A stretch of 63,273 nt of DNA, filler included. It is 4 parts of 4 records of this genome, joined end to end, with 100 filler letters (N's around TTAATTAATTAA, not from the genome) between each part and the next. Parts side by side here need not be neighbours in the genome. Positions count along the whole stretch, not along the records: positions 28,318 to 57,994 come from SRR31156797_2035; positions 58,095 to 63,273 come from SRR31156797_2360; 2 more parts are not named here. One strand, 5' to 3'. Under the pieces are notes generated by a model that made no database searches, was not told where the DNA came from, and was given only the letters and a program-made list of their open reading frames with translations. Made by a program: the position numbers and the translations under genes. Positions 56,683 to 63,273 of the stretch are shown in pieces; position 1 is the stretch's first letter; each line of letters starts with the position of its first letter.

Positions 56683-57888
56683 TTACATCTTGCTATCAAG
56701 ATATTTGCCTGTTTCTTTATGCATGAAATTAGGAATCATTTCCTGAAACAATTTTACAAGCTCTACTTTTTCCCACTTTCTTTCTTCTTTCATTTTTCCC
56801 AAAGTCTTTGCAAAATTACCCAACTTATTATTGTCAAATGAAAGATCATTTTTTATAATTCCAAGGCTTGTAAATGTTTCCATATCAAGCACTTCTTTAT
56901 CTGTGAAAAATTCTTCGAAATCTTTTTCTCCAGTAGTGTCGCTAGGGGTGAAAAAGCAAGGCCATTCACGGTGATTTGTGACTAGTGATTTGTGACTAGT
57001 GTTGGTAAAAAAGTTTCTGGCTTCTTCTTCAGTATTGCAAATGTATGGTTTATAGCCTTTTTCGTTTAGATATCTTTCAGCTATCTCACTGAAAGTTATA
57101 AGGTGCAAATCTTCGCTTAGTTTTGGAAAGAAAATATCTCGGGTTTTGCCAAAAATTGTGGACATTAAACACAACTCTCCTGATTCCTTTGGCGTTACAA
57201 AATATCGCCTGACATCATTAGGAGCGACAATTGGCTGCTGCTTTTTAATACGCTGGTCAAAACCATGTAAAAGAGATCCATCAGAAAATGCGACATTGGC
57301 AAATCGTGCCATTGAGATATCAATTCTTTCACTTAATCTGTTGGCAAACATTTCCATAATGCGCTTTGATGCTCCCATCATGTTAACAGGATTAGCCGCC
57401 TTGTCCGTAGAAACACAAAAATATTTTTTCGCTCCTTTCTCAATAGATTGTTGAATCGTTTTTTCTGTATTAAAAATATTCACATCTATCATGCGCATGA
57501 GCGTAAAAGAATCTTTTTCACTCCGCACATGTTTAAGTGCTGATAAATTTAACACATAATCATATTGTCCATCGGCTTCTATAAATGCATCATATTCAAG
57601 AGAACCCACATCAAGAGCATAAGTTTTAAAGTCTCCATCAATATAACCAAATGAGCTGCGAATATCGCGAACTAGCTCTACCATATTATTTTCTGAAATA
57701 TCTACAACATGAAGTTTTAAAGGGTTTCTTTTAAATATTTCCTTCGTAACTGCTTGCCCAATTGAACCGGCTCCACCTAAAACCAAAAACCTGGAATTAC
57801 TAATAATTTCTTTTAGTTCCTGCTCGTGTTTTTGAATATCTGCAACAAATAATTCTTTCTCTCTACCTATTAGATTTAATTTATTCAT
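56683..57888 (-). CDS. NDP-N-acetylglucosamine 4,6-dehydratase (CapD/PglF-like SDR)
   Basis: GGAGSIG, SALKHVRSE, VSTDKAANPVNMMGASKRIME, ARFANVAFSDGSL; start placed at MNKLNLIGRE. Confidence 0.9.
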   Translation of the reverse strand: MNKLNLIGREKELFVADIQKHEQELKEIISNSRFLVLGGAGSIGQAVTKEIFKRNPLKLHVVDISENNMVELVRDIRSSFGYIDGDFKTYALDVGSLEYDAFIEADGQYDYVLNLSALKHVRSEKDSFTLMRMIDVNIFNTEKTIQQSIEKGAKKYFCVSTDKAANPVNMMGASKRIMEMFANRLSERIDISMARFANVAFSDGSLLHGFDQRIKKQQPIVAPNDVRRYFVTPKESGELCLMSTIFGKTRDIFFPKLSEDLHLITFSEIAERYLNEKGYKPYICNTEEEARNFFTNTSHKSLVTNHREWPCFFTPSDTTGEKDFEEFFTDKEVLDMETFTSLGIIKNDLSFDNNKLGNFAKTLGKMKEERKWEKVELVKLFQEMIPNFMHKETGKYLDSKM

Positions 57889-57896
57889 TTTTTCGT

Positions 57897-57994
57897 TGGT
57901 GACTGGTTTTTGGTGACTCGGGAATAGTGACTGGTGATTGGTTGTTGGTGACTGGTTTTTCTGTTTACTAGTCACTAGTCACTAATTACTAATC
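57897..57994 (-). repeat. Heptamer repeat tract (GTGACTG/GTGACTA/GTGATTG type)
   Basis: TGGTGACTGG, AGTGACTGGTGATTGG, then inverted CTAGTCACTAGTCACTAATTACTAATC up to the contig end. Confidence 0.7.
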
Positions 57995-58094
57995 NNNNNN
58001 NNNNNNNNNNNNNNNNNNNNNNNNNNNNNNNNNNNNNNTTAATTAATTAANNNNNNNNNNNNNNNNNNNNNNNNNNNNNNNNNNNNNNNNNNNN
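57995..58094. other. Artificial contig spacer
   Basis: N44-TTAATTAATTAA-N44. Confidence 0.98.
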
Positions 58095-58112
58095 CAAACT
58101 GGGGGAATAATA

Positions 58113-59375
58113 ATGACGAATGATTTGAATATAACTCCTCTCCACGCATGGCACGCCGGGCAGGGCGCCAACATGGTCGATTTCGGAGGTTGGGACATGC
58201 CTCTCTGGTACAAAACGGGCGCCGTGAACGAGCATGTGGCCGTGGTCACGGCCGCGGGATTGTTTGATACCAGCCACATGGCCGTTATAACGGTTACAGG
58301 AGCGGATTCCTTGTCATTGCTGCAGGAATGCTTTACCCGCGACCTCGCTTCCCTGAAAAACGGAAGATGCGTTTACGGCATTTTTCTTAATGAAGACGGC
58401 CACGCAATTGACGACGCCATTGTATACGGCCTCGATTCAGAAAAATACATGATCGTGGTCAATTCGGGCATGGGCGGCGACATTGCCGTGCATATTGCAA
58501 ACCACGCCGGCGGCCGCGCCGTCCAGGTAAACGATCTGAGCGGCAAAGTAGGCAAACTGGATGTTCAGGGGCCCCTGGCCGGAAAAATTATTAAAAAGGT
58601 TTTGAAAGACAGTGAAAGCGTGCTTGTCGGCCTGCCTTACTTTTCTTTCAAGGGCTATTTTGACCAGGCTTTCAGGCCTGAAACCGAAGTGGTGTTAAAT
58701 GACGGAACGCCGGTTCTTTTGTCCCGCTCGGGTTATACCGGCGAATTCGGTTTCGAATTGTTCACCGCCCCCGACAAGCTGGTCCATGTCTGGACGATGA
58801 TTCTTGAAGCAGGCGAGGAATACAATCTGACCGCATGCGGATTGGCCTCGCGCGACTCTTTGCGGGCCGGTTCTCTGCTCCCCTTGTCTCACCAGGACAT
58901 CGGGCCCTGGCCTTTTATCAATAACCCATGGTCGTTCGCCTTGCCCTGGAATGAAGACAAGAGCGGTTTCACCAAGAAATTTCTGGGCGACGTTGTTCTG
59001 GAAAAGAAGGAAACGGCTGAGCATACATACGCCTACGTGGGCGCGGATCCGCGCAAGGTGGCGCTCCATTCTCCGGATGGAGAACCGGCTGTCGTATTAA
59101 ATGAAGACGGAGAACGCATCGGCGTGGTTTTAACCTGCGTGGCCGACATGGCCGTGGGCCGCGTGGACGGTAAAATCTATAGCCTTTCCAGTCCCGACAA
59201 GCCTGAAAACTTCAAACCAAGGGGCCTTGCCTGCGGTTTTATTAAAGTCGACCGCGAATTGAGCGTCGGACAGGCTGTCGTTCTCCAGGACAACCGTAGA
59301 AAAATCAAGGCGTCCATAACCGATGACGTCAGGCCGGCCCGGACGGCCCGGAAGAAGTTGAGCGATTTCATATAA
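58113..59375 (+). CDS. gcvT: Glycine cleavage system aminomethyltransferase T
   Basis: TPLHAWH, DFGGWDMPLWY, GLFDTSHM, SRSGYTGEFGFE, CGLASRDSLR. Confidence 0.93.
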   Translation: MTNDLNITPLHAWHAGQGANMVDFGGWDMPLWYKTGAVNEHVAVVTAAGLFDTSHMAVITVTGADSLSLLQECFTRDLASLKNGRCVYGIFLNEDGHAIDDAIVYGLDSEKYMIVVNSGMGGDIAVHIANHAGGRAVQVNDLSGKVGKLDVQGPLAGKIIKKVLKDSESVLVGLPYFSFKGYFDQAFRPETEVVLNDGTPVLLSRSGYTGEFGFELFTAPDKLVHVWTMILEAGEEYNLTACGLASRDSLRAGSLLPLSHQDIGPWPFINNPWSFALPWNEDKSGFTKKFLGDVVLEKKETAEHTYAYVGADPRKVALHSPDGEPAVVLNEDGERIGVVLTCVADMAVGRVDGKIYSLSSPDKPENFKPRGLACGFIKVDRELSVGQAVVLQDNRRKIKASITDDVRPARTARKKLSDFI

Positions 59376-59465
59376 ACTGTTGGATCTGATTTTCGGCAGG
59401 TCGAGGGACCTGTCAGGTTAATTATATTTTTGTTGATAATTCCTAAACAATAGGGAGGATACGCC

Positions 59466-59870
59466 ATGAAGGAAATTAGCGAATTGAACTTGCCGGATGA
59501 TGTCAAATACACTCAGGACCATGAATGGGGCCGCCTGGACGGCGACAAGATTAGAATCGGCATCAGCGACTATGCACAGGATCAACTCGGAGACATAACA
59601 TTTGTCGAAGCGCCCGAAGAAGGAGACTCATTCGACCAGGGCGAGGAATTCGGAACTCTTGAATCCACCAAAGCGGTTTCAGAGATGTACATGCCGATCG
59701 GAGGCGAGATTGTGGGCATTAATTCCGCCCTGGAAGACGACCCGGGTCTTATTAATACCGATCCATACGGCGAGGGCTGGATAGTTGAAATCAAACCGTC
59801 TGATCCGGCTCAGTTTGATGAACTTCTGAACAAGGACGCTTATGTGAAATTGCTTGGGGAGGCAGATTAA
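59466..59870 (+). CDS. gcvH: Glycine cleavage system H protein
   Basis: YTQDHEW, GISDYAQDQLGDI, lipoyl motif LESTKAVSE, DPYGEGW. Confidence 0.97.
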   Translation: MKEISELNLPDDVKYTQDHEWGRLDGDKIRIGISDYAQDQLGDITFVEAPEEGDSFDQGEEFGTLESTKAVSEMYMPIGGEIVGINSALEDDPGLINTDPYGEGWIVEIKPSDPAQFDELLNKDAYVKLLGEAD

Positions 59871-61199
59871 ATGCGCTATCTTCCGCACACGGACGAAGAA
59901 ATATCGTCCATGCTTGAGGTCGTGGGAGTAAAGAATCTTGATTCTTTATTCGATCACATTCCGGCGGACTGCAGGCGTCAGGGGGAACTTGACCTGCCGG
60001 CGCCGCTCACGGAATGGCAACTGGATTCGCACATGGCCGAGCTCGAGGAAATGCAGCCGCGCGCGGCCAAGGTGTTCATGGGCGCGGGCAGTTACGAGCA
60101 TTTCATTCCCTCAACCGTGCCCTATCTTGTCGGGCGGTCCGAATTTACAACCGCGTACACGCCTTACCAGCCGGAAATCAGCCAGGGGACTTTGCAGGCC
60201 ATTTTTGAATACCAGACCCTGACTTCCAGGCTGCTGGGCATGGAAACTGCCAATGCTTCCATGTACGACGGCGCTTCCGCCTTGGCCGAAGCCCTGCTCA
60301 TGGCCATCAGGATCGGCCGGAAAAAGAATACCGTGGCGATTTCAAAAGCCGTGCATCCCAACCACAGGGAAGTTGTGCGCACGTACTTCCGCCCGACAGG
60401 TTACAAAATCGTGGAACTGCCCGTGTTGGAAAACGGCCGCACCGACTGCTCCAAACTGAATGAAATTGACGACCTGGCGGCTGTAGCCGTACAGTCTCCG
60501 AATTTTTTCGGCTGCATTGAAGACCTGGCCGGCTGCGCCGACAGCGTTCATTCAAAAGAAGCCCTGTTAATAGCTTCATTCACCGAGCCCATGGCTTTCG
60601 GCCTGATCAAAAATCCGGGCGGCCAGGGCGCGGATATCGCCTGCGGCGACGGCCAGAGTCTGGGCATACCCAGGACTTTTGGCGGCCCGGGTTTGGGCAT
60701 GTTCGCCTGCAAAATGAAATTCGTCCGCAACATTCCCGGACGACTGGTCGGGCAGACCACGGACCAGGACGGCGAAAGAGGGTTCGTTCTGACCCTGGCC
60801 ACGCGCGAGCAGCACATCCGCCGTGAAAAAGCGCTTTCCAATATTTGCACCAATAACAGCCTCTGCGCCCTGACATCGGCCATGTACATGGCTTCGACCG
60901 GGGCGACCGGACTCGGAAAGCTGGCCCGGCTCAATTTTGACAAATCCGAATACCTGAAGGCCCAACTGGTAAAAGCCGGTTTGAAAGTTCCTTTCGCCAG
61001 CCCGACTTTTAACGAGTTTGTCGTGGAAATGCCGGCCGGATTTGAAGAAAAATATCAGAAACTATTGGACAAGGGCATTGTGGCCGGACTGCCTCTTGAT
61101 GAGTATTATCCGGAACTGTCAGGTTGTTACCTGTTGTGCGTTACCGAAGTTATGACCAAGGGCGATATTGACCGGTTGGTTGAGGAGATTGTATCATGA
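59871..61199 (+). CDS. gcvPA: Glycine dehydrogenase subunit 1
   Basis: MRYLPHT, TAYTPYQPEISQGTLQ, NASMYDG, TREQHIRREKALSNICTN. Confidence 0.97.
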   Translation: MRYLPHTDEEISSMLEVVGVKNLDSLFDHIPADCRRQGELDLPAPLTEWQLDSHMAELEEMQPRAAKVFMGAGSYEHFIPSTVPYLVGRSEFTTAYTPYQPEISQGTLQAIFEYQTLTSRLLGMETANASMYDGASALAEALLMAIRIGRKKNTVAISKAVHPNHREVVRTYFRPTGYKIVELPVLENGRTDCSKLNEIDDLAAVAVQSPNFFGCIEDLAGCADSVHSKEALLIASFTEPMAFGLIKNPGGQGADIACGDGQSLGIPRTFGGPGLGMFACKMKFVRNIPGRLVGQTTDQDGERGFVLTLATREQHIRREKALSNICTNNSLCALTSAMYMASTGATGLGKLARLNFDKSEYLKAQLVKAGLKVPFASPTFNEFVVEMPAGFEEKYQKLLDKGIVAGLPLDEYYPELSGCYLLCVTEVMTKGDIDRLVEEIVS

Positions 61200-62650
61200 G
61201 TAAATTCCCTGGAGCAAAAGGACTGGTTTTTAATGAACCCCTGCTTTGGGAAGAGGGAAAGCAGGGGCGCGAGGGAATGAGCATTCCCGAAAGCGACGTC
61301 CCTTCAGCTTCCTTGCCCGAGGAACTGCAGGGCGAAGTCGTGGACTTCCCTGATTTAAGCGAACTGGATGTGGTCAGGCATTACACCCGCCTGTCCCAGT
61401 GGAACTTTGGCGTGGACTCGGGCATGTACCCGCTCGGTTCCTGCACCATGAAATATAATCCTAAAACAAATGAAAAACAGGCGGCCCGCCCCGGTTTCGC
61501 CGGCGCTCACCCGCTTTTGCCGGAAAAATTGTCCCAGGGCGCTCTTAAGCTGATGTACGACCTGGAAAGATACCTGGCCGAAGTAACCGGCCTGGATGCG
61601 GTCAGCCTGCAGCCTTCAGCAGGCGCCCACGGCGAACTGGCCGGCATGTTTGTTATCCATGCGTATCATGAAAATAACGGCCAGAAGCGGAACAAGATCA
61701 TTATTCCCGACACTGCTCACGGCACTAACCCGGCCAGCGCGGCCTTGTGCGGGTACAAGCCGGTTAATATCGTGTCCAGCGAGGAAGGAGTTCTGACCCC
61801 TGAAGATGTGGCCGCGGTCATGGATGAAGACACGGCCGGCATCATGGTCACCAATCCGAATACCATAGGGCTGTTTGAAGAAAATTTTCGTAAAATAGCG
61901 GAAATAGTCCATTCAAAGGGCGGACTGGTTTATTGTGACGGCGCCAACATGAACGCGGTCATGGGCATCATCAACATGGGCGATATCGGCGTTGACGTAC
62001 AGCACCTCAACCTGCATAAAACCTTTTCCACTCCCCACGGCGGCGGAGGCCCCGGCTGCGGCCCGGTGTGCGTGACCAAAATACTTGAGCCTTTTCTGCC
62101 CGTACCCCGCGTGGTGGAAGAAAACGGCGTTTATAAACTGACCACGGACCGCCCGCTTTCAATCGGCAGAATGCATGCCTTTCACGGCGCTTTCGGCGTT
62201 ATGGTCAAGACGTACAGCTACGTTCTCAGCATGGGGCCGGAACTCAAAAAAGCCAGCCAACTGGCCGTGCTTAACGCTAACTATATCAAGGAACAATTAA
62301 AAGGCCTTTTACACCTGGCCTACGATCGTCCTTGCATGCACGAGTGCGTTTTTTCCGACAAGTTCCAAAAGGCCCAGAAGGTCACCACTTTGGACATGGT
62401 CAAAAGACTCATGGATTACGGTTTTCATCCGCCGACAATCTATTTTCCCCTGGTCGTCAGTGGGGCTATCATGATAGAACCCACTGAAACCGAATCCAAG
62501 GATACTATCGACCAGTTTATTGAAGCCTTCAAGGCTGTGGTCAGGGAAGCCGAACAGGATCCTGAAATCCTGCACAATGCGCCTCAATACAGCAAGGTCA
62601 GGCGGTTGGACGAAACAACAGCCGCGCGGCGGCCCTGCCTGGTCGGTTGA
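61196..62650 (+). CDS. gcvPB: Glycine dehydrogenase subunit 2
   Basis: YPLGSCTMKYNP, HLNLHKTFSTPHGGGGPG, MIEPTETES. Confidence 0.97.
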   Translation: MSKFPGAKGLVFNEPLLWEEGKQGREGMSIPESDVPSASLPEELQGEVVDFPDLSELDVVRHYTRLSQWNFGVDSGMYPLGSCTMKYNPKTNEKQAARPGFAGAHPLLPEKLSQGALKLMYDLERYLAEVTGLDAVSLQPSAGAHGELAGMFVIHAYHENNGQKRNKIIIPDTAHGTNPASAALCGYKPVNIVSSEEGVLTPEDVAAVMDEDTAGIMVTNPNTIGLFEENFRKIAEIVHSKGGLVYCDGANMNAVMGIINMGDIGVDVQHLNLHKTFSTPHGGGGPGCGPVCVTKILEPFLPVPRVVEENGVYKLTTDRPLSIGRMHAFHGAFGVMVKTYSYVLSMGPELKKASQLAVLNANYIKEQLKGLLHLAYDRPCMHECVFSDKFQKAQKVTTLDMVKRLMDYGFHPPTIYFPLVVSGAIMIEPTETESKDTIDQFIEAFKAVVREAEQDPEILHNAPQYSKVRRLDETTAARRPCLVG

Positions 62651-62679
62651 CCGGAAACACATTTATTGGGAGACTGCTC

Positions 62680-63204
62680 ATGAAAAAATTTATGATCCTG
62701 TTTTTGGTCGGTCAGGACAGGCCCGGCATTGTCGACGACGTTTCAACCGTTCTTTACGACCGGGGCGCAAATATCGAAGACAGCCGTATGGCCACCCTGG
62801 GCGGATGCTTTTCGATCATGATCCTCTTTTCCTGCCTCCCGGAAGCCCTGGATGCGGTAAAGGCCGGCATCAAGGAACTGGAAGGGATGAATTTCGAGAC
62901 GTCCCTGCATGAAGCCAACGATCCGGAAGCATTGCCCCGGCAGGCGGAAATGCCCCTTAAACTGGAGATCACGGCCATGGACCATCCCGGACTTGTCAGA
63001 AAGGTCGTGCGTATTCTCCGGCATTACAATGTCAATATCGAATCCCTTAACACCCGCGTGGTCAAAGCGCCTCTGTCCGGCGCCCCGCTTTTCGATCTGG
63101 AATTGACGGCCGGAGTGCCCGCGGACAGTTCCATAGCCGCGGTTAAAAAAGACCTCAACGGACTGGCCGAGGAAATGAACATCGACCTTGTGTTCAGAAG
63201 GTAA
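62680..63204 (+). CDS. gcvR: Double ACT-domain protein, GcvR-like
   Basis: GQDRPGIV..GANIEDSRM and AMDHPGLV..VNIESL. Confidence 0.82.
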   Translation: MKKFMILFLVGQDRPGIVDDVSTVLYDRGANIEDSRMATLGGCFSIMILFSCLPEALDAVKAGIKELEGMNFETSLHEANDPEALPRQAEMPLKLEITAMDHPGLVRKVVRILRHYNVNIESLNTRVVKAPLSGAPLFDLELTAGVPADSSIAAVKKDLNGLAEEMNIDLVFRR

Positions 63205-63239
63205 AAGCTGAAGATCAAAATAAAAAAAAGAACACTAAC

Positions 63240-63272
63240 CGGCCGCGGCGGAAACTTGATTCGCCGCGGCCG
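63240..63272 (+). terminator. Probable terminator hairpin at the window end
   Basis: CGGCCGCGGCG(G)..(T)CGCCGCGGCCG stem; any U tract is cut off. Confidence 0.55.
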
Positions 63273-63273
63273 T

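Noticed and set aside
54216-57888. Legionaminic/pseudaminic acid pathway
   Set aside because: The early enzymes fit, but no NeuB synthase, hydrolysing NeuC epimerase or CMP-transferase is on the contig; it cannot be excluded elsewhere in the genome.
57889-57975. 29-aa N-terminal extension of the dehydratase in the ORF track
   Set aside because: Translation of the heptamer tract from a GTG; the ATG at 57888 gives the family-typical start.

Overview
The window is not one locus. It joins four unrelated contigs with 100-nt artificial spacers (N44-TTAATTAATTAA-N44) at 18710-18809, 28218-28317 and 57995-58094. Contig 1 (1-18709) is Bacteroidota-type (TTTG..TAnnTTTG promoters). It carries an ECF sigma/anti-sigma pair, housekeeping genes, a crtI-crtB-hyp-idi carotenoid operon interrupted by a PIN-type toxin-antitoxin pair, and trpEGDCFBA-aroF. 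The trp operon is preceded by two tandem Trp-Trp-Trp leader-peptide attenuators, each with its own terminator and antiterminator. Contig 2 (18810-28217) is higher GC with Shine-Dalgarno sites, probably Desulfobacterota (inferred). It encodes a TonB-dependent receptor, an exported membrane-anchored CobN-like chelatase, a YD-repeat protein, DUF2162, MotA/ExbB, DUF2149 and a partial CbiX: an hmuRSTUV-like tetrapyrrole uptake/chelatase locus. Contig 3 (28318-57994) is AT-rich Bacteroidota. It holds the end of a T9SS cargo gene, a mosaic of small palindromic repeats and a ~28-gene surface polysaccharide cluster. That cluster includes an Arn-like lipid-linked amino-sugar module and unusually many amide/aminoacyl/sulfate tailoring enzymes, and repeats have invaded two of its genes in frame. 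Contig 4 (58095-63273) is a gcvT-H-PA-PB operon with an ACT-domain gcvR-like gene. All calls come from motif recognition by eye; no database searches were run, so novelty is unverified.
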